This document shows, in pieces, positions 28,331 to 40,400 of a DNA stretch of 64,000 nt (positions are counted from its first letter, which is position 1; every line of letters begins with the position of its first letter). A program made the position numbers and the translations under genes. Source of the stretch: Haliotis cracherodii (Eukaryota). The notes under the pieces were generated by a model. It did not search any database and was not told the origin of the DNA. It was given only the letters and a program-made list of their open reading frames with translations. The stretch is from contig NW_027266297.1 of the NCBI RefSeq assembly GCF_022045235.1, positions 72,416,001-72,480,000 on the forward strand, written 5' to 3'.

Positions 28331-29187
28331 ACAATATTCATGAGTGGGCGTGGCTTATGTATGCACGTGACACTATCTTCCGCAAAGCAATATGACGTCT
28401 AACGAACGCATCGCTGCCTCGGCGATACGATGTTTCACTCACAATCTGCACATCAGGTATATAACATGTAGTTTATGTGTCTTTGAATATTGTGTGTACT
28501 GTATTTGCGAGCCTCGACTTCGGACAGATCGAAAGTTACGCGAATTACAGAGTCAACCCAACTCGCCTATCTCCGAAACATTCAGTGATGCACAGTAGCC
28601 CTGATCCATACATTGACATGTCTTTGCTATTACTTAAATACCCAACACAGTAAAAACACCTTTTCACCAAGCTCCATACTTATACAATACATCTTTCTGT
28701 ACTTGTTGTATGCAAGAGCGAGGCAGTCTCTGCGTGTTGCAAAAGCTGGTAAACTACAAACTATATTTTTCTTTTATTTCAGAAACCCTAATAAGATTCC
28801 AGAAGGTAGATTAACATATTGTCCCAGAAAAAGAGTGATCATGCTTGTAATATAAATATGTAAAATAAAAGCCAAATGGCGCCTATAACAATGTTTATTA
28901 ATCAGGCCCAGGGCTCAGGCAATTAGGGCTTGTCAAATCATTCTAGACTTGAGTTGGCTTCTTTCTCCATTTGTTCTTAGGTGTCTGAAAGACAGAGGTT
29001 CAGGAATGTGCAATTCTCTTTCTGGATAATAAATAACCATATGATCAGAGATTCTGAGACACTTTCATTCATTCTGTACTGCTTATCTATGGTCCTCATA
29101 TATGTAGAATATATAACAAAAATAAAGTAAAAAGTATTAAATACAATTCCAGGTATTAAAGTGACAAAACTTTATCTCCAAACAATA

Positions 29188-30020
29188 TACACTCTTAAAA
29201 AAAAGAAACGCACAGGTAGTATGTTCATTGAACCTGACAACACAAAAAATTCGGTATGTAAATTGGATATATGTTATTGGAAAATGTTGTTGGCCTTATA
29301 TTCGACAAACGGTGCGTCAAAACGCCATTGTCGATTTGCAATGTAAACGGCATTGATTTCACACTTGTTCAAAAATGTCATGGAGGAACATGCACGTGCA
29401 GGTTATGGAATTCGTAACTCGTTGTATTGGCTATTAAAAGGCAAGCATAACCCGCTGCTGATCGAAACATCGCCAGAGGACGTATCCAAAGAGGGGAATC
29501 GCAGTCTGCTGTTGCACGCCACTTCAACGTCCACCACAGCACCATTTGCCGCCTTTGTGACCGATACACAAAGTTCAATTCCACTGAAGACCGCCCGAGA
29601 ACCGGCAGACCAAGAGTTACCACCTCTGCACAGAATCGCTACGTTCGACTGTTCTACCTACATCATCGCAATGCTACAACTACGGAGACTGCAGGACGCA
29701 TCCCTGGTTTGAGGAGGATACCGGACCAGACTATCAGGAACCATCTTCGCGAGGCTGGAATCCGACCCATAAGACCAGTTATCCTCCCTGTTTTACAACT
29801 GATCCATCGACAGCGACGCTTGCGTTGGTGCCATACCTTACAGCCTTGGAATTTGAGAAACTGGAGACGAGTGTGGTTTAATGATGAATCACGGTTTCGT
29901 CTTCACCGGCGAGATGGAAGACAACGTGTTTGTCGTCGTTGAAATGAGCGTTTTACCCCACATTGTGTACGTGAATTCGACAAATTCGGTGGCGGTAGTG
30001 TCATGGTGTTGGGGGAATAA
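29188..30020 (+). mobile_element. 3'-truncated Tc1/mariner relic of a different family
   Basis: TACACTCTTAAAAAAAAGAAACG end; QTIRNHLREAG...WNLRNWRRVWFNDESRF...DGRQRV; ends at a SINE. Confidence 0.85.
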
Positions 30021-30325
30021 CCGGATCGTTTGGTCAGGCTAGCTGATTTTGCTCATGCATGTAATCGTATCCCAATTGCGTCGATCGATGCTCAAGATGT
30101 CAATCGCTGGATTGTCTGGTACAGACTCGATCATTAACAGACCGCCGTCATATATCTGGAATGTTTCTGAGTGCGGCGTTAAACAACAAACAAACCAAAC
30201 AAACAAAGTATTACTCATGTTCTGACATCTGCGTTAAGAGAGTGTTTATACTAGTTATTGAACCTTGGAATAAATATTTATTTTTCATGCGTGTAAATAA
30301 AGGCAACAAAACATCATAAGACATA

Positions 30326-31032
30326 TACTGAACCGCAAAAGTAACGTCACCCAAGCCCGGACAAAATGAAATTTGATTATTAAAAAGCAAAGCAGATGAC
30401 AATAAAACCGATCGCCCAAATGCATCACGGCAACGGCCATGGTAACCCGATGCACGTGAGTTCCGTGCAAATTGAAATGCACATGCATTCCCCCATTTCT
30501 TGCCCTATTAAAATCCACCCAGATCGGATAAAATTCATTCGTTATTGAATTGCTACCACATGCCAATATTGACAAGAAATCAGCGACACCAAGCCCTTGG
30601 ACGATTGCAAGCTGGACAAACCGCCCGGCAAGTAGCCAATGCATTTCAAGTCCACGTAAGGACCATATACATGCTCCAGCAACGGTATCAGACCACCAAC
30701 ACTACAGATGACCGGCCACGTAGCGGAAGACCAAGGGTCATCACCCGACGTCAGGATCGTCAGATTGTTCGACAGCATCTTCAAGATCGCTTTGTTACTG
30801 CCGCGGAAACTGCTCGACAGACCATGGGGACACACCAGCGACACATTAGTGCGGACACCGTGCGTCGACGATTGACGAGCAGACTCCTCCACTGTCACAG
30901 GCCACACCGAGGACCCATTCTGACACCACGTCATCGCCGGGACCGTCTTCAGTGGGCTACACAGCACCACCATTGGCGCCATCAGCAGTGTCCTCTTTTC
31001 AGACGAGAGCCGTTACTGTATCTCAACAGAAG

Positions 31033-31086
<54 letters not shown>

Positions 31087-31795
31087 CTGGCGACGCCATG
31101 GGGAACGTTATTCGGATGCTTGTGTTGTTGAGATAGACTTGTGGGGTGGTCCTAGCATCATGGTGCACAGTCTTGCACAGTGGGTCGGCCCTGGGGTCTT
31201 TCAGAACATCGGTCCAGGGAGAGACAATGGTGTCACAGCAGTTCGGTACATTGATCAAGTATTGAGACCACACGCCATACCTCATTTGGCACGTCGCCGC
31301 AACTACGAGTTTCAGCATGATAACGCCCGTGCCCACACTACGAGAGCAACAAGACACTTCCTCCAGCAGAATGGCATCAGAACCATGCAGTGGCCTGCCC
31401 TCTGTCACGATTTAAATCCCATTGAGCACCTGTTGGGCGAGATTCAAAGACGGCTGAATGACTTCCGACCAAGGCCGACAACTGCAGCTGAACTGCGTCA
31501 GGCATTCCTCAGAATGTCCTGAGGGTGGGCCATTCCACATATCGACGTTGCACAGCAGTCATCAATGCACATGGCGGGCACACGAGATACTTAGACTAAC
31601 TGACTTGTGATGCCATTTTCTCAGAGACTAGTGTTGTGTTTCACTTTAAGAACATTTGACACTTTAATTTCAACCTTGATGATCAGTTTAGCCAAGTTCA
31701 TCTTTTTAATATGTCTCAAAGTATGTTTACAGTGTTCGGACAAATAAGGTTTCTCACATATCTATCCATGGTGACGTTTCTTTGGCGGTTCAGTA
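30326..31795 (+). mobile_element. Tc1/mariner (DD34E) transposon, full length, with a defective transposase ORF at 30560-31522
   Basis: TIRs TACTGAACCGCAAAAGTAACGTCACC and GGTGACGTTTCTTTGGCGGTTCAGTA, flanked by TA. HTH region with RPRSGRPR; FQHDNARAH...DLNPIE with 34 residues between D and E; the first-Asp motif FSDES is out of frame. Confidence 0.93.
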
Positions 31796-32456
31796 TATCT
31801 GCAAAAATCCATTATGTGATTACGACTATGTCATTATCATGTGTTAATGAACAACTATCAAATAACGATGACGCCAGGTGTTCGCGAAAAGGCGCGAAAC
31901 AAACGCATAATAGGGCAGCGCAGGGCAGGTCCACTTGAGGAAAGGGAACATACGGTACATGACCCTTTGAATGTTTTAACCCTGATCAAACAACGTTTGA
32001 GCAAGAGTCGTATGATGCTCTTTAAAAGCTAGATTGTACCTCAAAAGTCGTGAAATGTAAGTTTAGAGCTGCTTGAATATTGCTCAACATAAAGGAAAGT
32101 TATTATTATTGGAAAGTCACCCCTCTTTCAGTTTTGTGGAAAATGTTGTATTACAAGAGATATTTCACGTTTCCCAAGGTTCATGGAAACAAACTCTTTG
32201 AAATATTCAATTTTTGATAACTTTTGTTTCAGATTTATCTTTCGGTTCAAAAGGTGGATAAAAACTCCCTCTCGGGGCTTACATTCGCAGTCAAGAAATT
32301 TACTAACACTTTTTTATGCAAACTGCCCAAGTAATGTTCAATACCTTATTCCTTACTATACATCTAGCTTCATCCAATTATTTGTGTGCTATTCGTTATC
32401 AATCACCTGCTGCTATATGTCTCTCATCACTTGGTTTTCCTCTCCTTCCAGCTTGT

Positions 32457-32713
32457 GACCCGTGAAAATCCGGGGTAGAATAGGTCTTCAGCAACCCATG
32501 CTTGCCGTAAAAGGCGACTATGCTTGTCGTAAGAGGCGACTAACGGGATCGGGTGGTCAGGCTCGCTGACTTGGTTGATGCATGTCATCGATCACAATTG
32601 CGTGGATCGATGGTCATGATATAAATCACTGGATTGTCTGGTCCAGACTCGATTATTTACAGACCGCCGTCATATAGCTTGAATATTGCTGAGTGCGGCG
32701 TTAAACAACAAAC
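32457..32713 (+). mobile_element. SINE-like retroposon family B (~260 bp, no tRNA head), representative copy. Others at ~18040-18300(-), 20000-20271, 23108-23355(-), 25476-25622, 30021-30207, 40633-40890, 41898-42125, 44964-45160(-), 52319-52573, 53370-53705, 57361-57628, 57982-58210
   Basis: About 13 recognisable copies with a (CAAA)n tail and variable TSDs, e.g. ACCTATTTGTG at 52308-52318 and 52574-52584. Confidence 0.85.
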
Positions 32714-32919
32714 CATTCCTGCTCGGGAACGGTGTAAGTATTTACATCGAAACATCGCTAATGCAATAAGCCAAGAGTTGTTATCCATAAAGTGTATATT
32801 TTCAAAATTTTCACAAATTCCCTCATGATTCTGCTAATACAAACAAATACATAAAGAAGCAGATCTGCAAGGAGGCGAGCACGATTTGTGACAATGGGGC
32901 TGTCTATTTCTTGTTTGAA

Positions 32920-34036
32920 CGTCCTAAAGTGACTTTCCCTTGCTGCATAATGGGAAGGACGCGTGACCGAAACATCTCATCCACGTAACGCTGTGCCGTT
33001 AAATTCCTCACAACTTGTGCACTAAGTCTGTTCTTCCAGTGTAGGAGATTGCTGCCCACATCATCACACTAGCACCACCAAATCTGTCCACTTCCTGTAT
33101 GCAGTTTCGTGCATAACATTCCCCAAGACGTCTGAAGCGTAAAACGTGACTCGTCACTGAACCCAACGTCACAGCCGACGATGCAGGTCCATCAAAATGA
33201 CACCTCGAACCTGTCGTCTTGCGCGAATACCTCCAGCGCGTAAACGGTTCCTCACTGTCTGGGCTGGTATCCTACAATATAGGTATTGCCGTAGTTGTAG
33301 AGATGGGCGTGGTGGTTCTTTCACGTAAGTGACGTAGCTGTATGAATGTCCTGCGCTGTAGTAGTCACAGGTCGACCGGATCTAGGAAGGTCCCGTATGT
33401 CTGATCACGGTTCCACCACCTTGTAATGGTGTTTGGTGCTACATGGAAAAACATGGATGCAGCTGAGTGAGTGAGTGAGTTGGGTTTAACGCCACTTCTC
33501 ACAGTATTCCAGTTATATCGAGGCGTGTCTGCTTAATGTGGGAGAAAAGCCCGAAGTGATGTAGGTCTCAGAAGTTTACCACTTCGGTGAAACCCACGAG
33601 CAAGGGTATGGTCCTGGCAAACCTAGAAACATAATCGGGGCGAACCGTGATTCGAACCCACAATCATAGGTTTCTGGCGTGCCCAAGGGATGCAACTCTG
33701 CAGAGCGAATCGCGGTGCCTTAGACGACTGAACCACCCGTGCCCCCTGGATACAGCTGAAGATGATTCTCCTGTTTGCGGTCTTGCTGTAAGATTGTATT
33801 GGCATGCAAATGAAAACCCAACGTTTTCATGGCCCAAGTGATGTTGCACTTGCATGTCATGTTGATGTGTTTCGGCACCAGGCTCTCATGTTTTGTGATT
33901 TTTCCATCTTTTCACCAAATTTCTGAAGTACCTCATTCTTTCAAAACAAATCAATCCCAATCCCAATTCATTTTGATATGGATGTCGGCAACACTGTCAG
34001 ATATTTACAATTTAACGTTTCCTTTTGTGCAGAGTA
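32920..34036 (-). mobile_element. Degenerate Tc1/mariner element, same family as 27214-28330, inverted and interrupted by a SINE
   Basis: The reverse complement begins TACTCTGCACAAAAGGAAACG and aligns by eye with 27214-28170. Confidence 0.85.
33465..33746 (-). mobile_element. tRNA-derived SINE family C (~280 bp), inserted in a Tc1 relic. Others at ~9079-9305(-), 43041-43263(-), 51421-51685(+)
   Basis: Head GGTGGTTCAGTCGTCTAAGGC (tRNA-Leu-like A box), B box GGTTCGAATC, (ACTC)n tail, TSD GGAT(G/A)CAGCTGA. Confidence 0.8.
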
Positions 34037-34589
34037 TATATGGCATCAATGATAACTAATCATTTTACATTTTACACATAAGTGATCTTCAAATGACATT
34101 AGCTTTCATTTTTGACAAATTGCCCAAAACCTTTGAAGAAAGAAATGTAACTATGTCAATGGTCCCCACGTTTTTTGACAAACGCGACGTGGATCAAGGA
34201 AAAAAGGTTTTCTGTTGCGTTTGTTGTGTGGGATACTGGTGTACAAAGTTGAAAAATAAAATGTTTTGATATATTTGAACTCGGTTCTTTTCTGAGGTTT
34301 GAAAAATTCAAGCTTTCCATCAAAAGACGTGATGGTAACGTTTTGGGGAGTGTATTAACACTATCATCAAATGACTTCATAGTGACATCTTGTTTAAAAA
34401 AAACCTTTATGGCAACAATGTTTCTATCTTTCATTTCATGACGTGATGGTATCAACATCTTGGAGTGTAATTTAGCAATTTCATGGAATGACTTCTTGGT
34501 AACACTGTTTTGGAGTGTATATTAACATTTTCATCCAAAGATGTGATGGTGACGTCTTTGTATGTATTTTAGCACTTTCATTGAGTGGC

Positions 34590-34920
34590 TTCACAGTAAC
34601 ACTGTTTTGAGGTGTATATTAACGTCATCAAAAGACATGATAGTAACAACGTTTTGAGGTGTATTGTAAGACTTGTAACACTGTTTTGGGGTGTATTTTA
34701 ACACCATCAAAAGACATGATAGTAACAACGTTTTGAGGTGTATTGTAAGACTTGTAACACTGTTTTGGGGTGTATTTTAACACTATCAGAAACAACGTGT
34801 GGAGGTGTATTGTGAGACTTGTAACACTGTTTTGGGGTGTATGTTAACACCATCAGAAACAACGTGTGGAGGTGTATTGTAAGACTTGTAACAGTGTTTG
34901 GGGCACTTTATTAACACCAT
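34590..34920. repeat. Diverged ~65-80-bp tandem repeat
   Basis: GTAACACTGTTTTGGGGTGTA...GGTGTATTGTAAGACTT repeated about 4-5 times. Confidence 0.85.
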
Positions 34921-35544
34921 ATGTATATGTTGCAATGTGAATGTTTATGTCAATGTAGGATTATGATGTAATTAACATCTGGTTTTTTTGCCAACACCAA
35001 ACAAATTATCAACAGTTGCCAACTTTTATGAGTATATACAGAGTAGAGCAGACAGCGTTTTCTTTTGGTTTCAGGGAATCAAAACTTTGTGTACAAATTA
35101 AATCAAACACGTTGCTTCACGCGAAAATCTTCTCATACAACTTTGATTGGAAAACAACCTGATTTGTGTTGAAAGTCATGGACAGACTGACGAATATGTG
35201 TGCCTTACACAATTTACATACTTTATTCACACACCTAAGTTGATTTTCATGTGAACGCGTAGTAAATTTACATATACGCACATATGTATAGTTATACATG
35301 TGTAAAATTACTTACGTGAGTAAATGTTATGCATGTGGACGGGGTATTAGGTGGTTCATGGGACACATGGTTTGCCTGTGCACCAGTACACCAGTAAAAC
35401 ATATTGAGATCGATACTGGGATGACTCTCGACCTCATGCTCCATCAACTCAAACAGATCCTTTAAAATGTGTACATCTGCCCATGGTGATTCTGTAGGGT
35501 GATTCCATAGGTGGAGAGATGCAAGCGACACTATGCTAGGATAT

Positions 35545-36310
35545 AACAGTTACAACACAATACGCTACAGTCAGTATATAACAAACACAACCTGCAATAC
35601 TGCATCCTGCTTATCGATGTTCCGGATACAACAGTTACGACACAATACTAGTCAGTATATAACAAACACCTCCTCCAACACAGGATTCTGCTTATTGATG
35701 TTCCAGATACAACAGTTACGACACAAAACGCCTCTGTCAGTATATATAACAAACACCTCCTCCAATACAGGATTCTGCTCATCAATGTGATGGATACAAC
35801 AGTTACGACACAATACTAGTCAGTATATAACAAACACCTCCTCCAACACAGGATTCTGCTTATCGATGTTCCGGATACAACAGTTACGACACAATACACT
35901 ACTGTCAGTATATATAACAAACACCTCCTCCAACACAGGATTCTGCTTATCGATGTTCCGGATACAACAGTTACGACACAATACGCTACTGTCAGTATAT
36001 AACAAACACAACCTGCAATACAGGATTCTGCTTATCGATGTTCCGGATACAACAGTTACGACACAATACTACAGTCAGTATATAACAAACACCTCCTCCA
36101 ACACAGGATTCTGCTCATCGATGTTCCAGATACAACAGTTATGACACAATACTACAGTCAGTATATAATAAACACCTCCTCCAACACAGGATTCTGCTCA
36201 TCGATGTTCCAGATACAACAGTTACGGCAACAATACGCTACTGTCAGTATTTATAACAAACACAACCTGCAATACAGCATCCTGCTTATCAATGTGCAGG
36301 ATATAACCTT
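35545..36310. repeat. ~78-82-bp minisatellite, ~9 copies
   Basis: AACAAACACCTCCTCCAACACAGGATTCTGCTTATCGATGTTCCGGATACAACAGTTACGACACAATAC. Confidence 0.93.
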
Positions 36311-36439
36311 TACGACACAATATACTACAGCTGGTTCCTGTTCCACAAAGCATAACTCCAATACTTTAACACAGATTTTCAATGGTCGTAGCCCTACGAT
36401 CGCCTTGTAGAACAGAGCCCTGGTGCATTAAAAAAACAA

Positions 36440-36948
36440 CCTGCAGAACAGCATCCTGCTCAGCGGTGTGCAGGATATAACCTTGTCCTTGAGAGTGCAA
36501 TACAGCATCCTGCTCAGCGGTGTGCAGGATATAACCTTGTCCTTGAGAGTGCAATGCAGCATCCTGCTCAGCGGTGTGCAGGATATAACCTTGTCTTTGA
36601 GAGTGCAATGCAGCATCCTGCTCAGCGGTGTGCAGGATATAACCTTGTCCTTGACAGTGCAATACAGCATCCTGCTCAGCGGTGTGCAGGATATAACCTT
36701 GTCCTTGAGAGTGCAATACAGCATCCTGCTCAGCGGTGTGCAGGATATAACCTTGTCCTTGAGAGTGCAATACAGCATCCTGCTCAGCGGTGTGCAGGAT
36801 ATAACCTTGTCCTTGAGAGTGCAATACATTATCCTGCTCAGTGCTATGCAGGATATAACCTTGTCCTTGAGAGTGCAATACATTATCCTGCTCAGTGCTA
36901 TGCAGGATATAACCTTGTCCTTGACAGTGCAATACAGCATCCTGCTCA
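36440..36948. repeat. 60-bp minisatellite, ~8.5 copies
   Basis: CAGCATCCTGCTCAGCGGTGTGCAGGATATAACCTTGTCCTTGAGAGTGCAATA core. Confidence 0.95.
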
Positions 36949-37171
36949 TCTCACAAGACACCAATAAATACATTAAAATAAAAATATTTTCACATTCACA
37001 GACAAGAACAAAAAAACACAGAAAAAACATTCTGTCTGTTTAGAACAAATAAACAGATCTTTGGTAAATATAGATGTAAACAAATTTGACCTGAGTTGTG
37101 GATAAGGCACTGATAGGTATATATAGACAGTTATACATCTTGACAGACAGGTATATAGACGGCTGTACAGT

Positions 37172-37402
37172 TCCTCAGAGTTTGGCCACACATCTCCTGC
37201 CTCAGATCTGCCGCAGTAGAGGTCAGACTTTGGCCACACATCTCCTGCATCAGATCTGCCGGAGTAGAGGTCAGACTTTGGCCACACATCTCCTGCCTCA
37301 GATCTGCCGGAGTAGAGGTCAGACTTTGGCCACACTTCTCCTGCCTCAGATCTGCCGCAGTAGAGGTCAGAGTTTGGCCATGCGTCTCCTGGCTTGGATC
37401 TC
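37172..37402. repeat. 48-bp tandem repeat x~5 overlapping the oxidase B stop codon
   Basis: Minus-strand unit AGATCTGAGGCAGGAGATGTGTGGCCAAAGTCTGACCTCTACTCCGGC. Confidence 0.93.
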
Positions 37403-40400
37403 TCGGAGCACGAGGTCAGCAGCCTCCGCAGCACACCCCCAGTGTAGCGTCACACCGGAACCACCATGGCCGTAGTTGTGAATCACCTGTCACAGTTAGA
37501 CATCCTTGGTTATCCACTGAATCATATCTCCATTATCATTCTCAGGATAAATATGCTAGACCTATTCACTACCATAGCTTCATTTGGATAATGACAATCT
37601 CTCGTCAGTAACCTCCCACAGAATTTTTCATGGCCTTCATATGACCTCATAAACAGGCAAATGTAAATTTACAATATTTGTTCCTAAATAATGATGTCTA
37701 TATTGGTCATGAGATCACTTCCAGTATCCATCAGTCTTGATCTCAGCGGTCAACATGTCCAGCATGATGTCGTGAGACATGGCCAACCAACATGACAGAA
37801 TTTCCACTTACTGGTACTGCTCTCCCCTGGACCGTCATGTGACTTGTCTCCAGCCGGACCCGGGACCGACTGGGACGCAAACCTACCCAGTGATGGTCCA
37901 CCTTCGCATCCTGAAAGATTTAACAACAATCACTGACCGGCTACAACGACAATCACTGACCGGATACAACCACAATCACTGACTGGATACAACCACAATC
38001 ACTGACCAGATACAACCACAATCACTGACCAGATACAACCACAATCACTGACCGGATACAACCACAATCACTGACCAGGTACAACCACAATCACTGACCA
38101 GGTACAACCACAATCACTGACCAGGTACAACCACAATCACTGACCAGGTACAACCACAATCACTGACCGGATACAACCACAATCACTGACCAGATACAAC
38201 AAGAATCACTGACCGGATACAACCACAATCACTGACCAGGTACAACCACAATCACTGACCAGGTACAACCACAATCACTGACCGGATACAACCACAATCA
38301 CTGACCAGGTACAACCACAATCACTGACCGGATACAACCACAATCACTGACCAGGTACAACCACAATCACTGACCAGGTACAACCACAATCACTGACCAG
38401 GTACAACCACAATCACTGACCGGATACAACAACAATCACTGACCAGGTACAACCACAATCACTGACCAGGTACAACCACAATCACTGACCAGGTACATGC
38501 ACAATCACTGACCAGGTACAACCACAATCACTGACCAGATACAACCACAATCACTGACAAGGTACAACCACAATCACTGACCAGGTACAACCACAATCAC
38601 TGACCGGATACAACCACAATCACTGACCGGATACAACCACAATCACTGACCGGATACAACCACAATCACTGACCAGATACAACCACAATCACTGACCAGA
38701 TACAACCACAATCACTTACTGGATACAACCACAATCACTGACCAGGTACAACAACAATCACTGACTGGATACAACCATAATCACTGACCAGGTACAACAA
38801 CAATCACTGACCAGGTACAACAACAATCACTGACTGGATACAACCATAATCACTGACCAGGTACAACCACAATCACTGACCAGGTACAACAACAATCACT
38901 GACCAGGTACAACAACAATCACTGACCAGGTACAACAACAATCACTGACTGGATACAACAACAATCACTGACCAGGTACAACCACAATCACTGACCGGAT
39001 ACAACCACAATCACTGACCAGGTACAACCACAATCACTGACTGGATACAACCATAATCACTGACCGGATACAACCACAATCACTGACCAGATACAACCAC
39101 AATCACTGACCAGATACAACCACAATCACTTACTGGATACAACCACAATCACTGACCAGATACAACCACAATCACTGACCAGGTACAACAACAATCACTG
39201 ACTGGATACAACCATAATCACTGACCAGGTACAACCACAATCACTGACCAGGTACAACAACAATCACTGACTGGATACAACCATAATCACTGACCAGGTA
39301 CAACCACAATCACTGACCAGATACAACCACAATCACTGACCAGGTACAACAACAATCACTGACTGGATACAACCATAATCACTGACCAGGTACAACCACA
39401 ATCACTGACCAGGTACAACCACAATCACTGACCAGGTACAACAACAATCACTGACCAGGTACAACAACAATCACTGACTGGATACAACAACAATCACTGA
39501 CCAGGTACAACCACAATCACTGACCAGGTACAACCACAATCACTGACCGGATACAACAACAATCACTGACCAGGTACAACCACAATCACTGACCGGATAC
39601 AACCACAATCACTGACCAGGTACAACCACAATCACTGACCAGGTACAACCACAATCACTGACCGGATACAACCACAATCACTGACCAGGTACAACCACAA
39701 TCACTGACCAGATACAACCACAATCACTGACCAGGTACAACCACAATCACTGACCGGATACAACCACAATCACTGACCAGGTACAACCACAATCACTGAC
39801 CGGATACAACCACAATCACTGACCAGGTACAACCACAATCACTGACCGGATACAACCACAATCACTGACCAGGTACAACCACAATCACTGACCAGGTACA
39901 ACCACAATCACTGACCGGATCACAATCATTAACCACAATACCTGACCTGGTACCGGTGCAACCACACTATAAAGCCAAAACATTAAATGCAATATAAACC
40001 CATCTACCCATCTCAAACATTACCAGATACACTACTAACCCAATTAGCCCTCCTACCAAACCAAACATCATGGGAAATACTATCCCTCTGATGCTTGCTT
40101 CCCTTTTCCTATTTCTCGACATCAGTGTTGTGTCTTCATCTTTCATACACAGGGCGACTCGGGCAAGAACTGGCGTTACAACGTTCTGACATTTGCACCT
40201 GGTGAGTGAATATCTTACTTTAATTTCCAAATTATGGGTTATATGAATGACACACACCCAATGTGACTACCTGTAGACTCGGCATCAGCTGACAACATCG
40301 CTGCCACACAGCCGTCTTGTCTTCTTCCCTGACCTCGGTACTCCAGTTGCCGACCTCATCAGCACCACCTAACACTGAGGTCATCACCCTGGCAACAAGA

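Noticed and set aside
36366-37475. Repetitive 125-200 aa ORFs near the oxidase B 3' end
   Set aside because: They derive from the 60-bp and 48-bp arrays; the true frame stops at 37367.
37921-39920. CRISPR-like periodicity here and in other arrays
   Set aside because: Units are contiguous with no unique spacers, there are no cas genes, and the context is eukaryotic.
39967-40257. 96-aa ORF with a hydrophobic C-terminal stretch
   Set aside because: It lies within oxidase B intron 8, starts at a non-ATG codon and has no recognisable homology.
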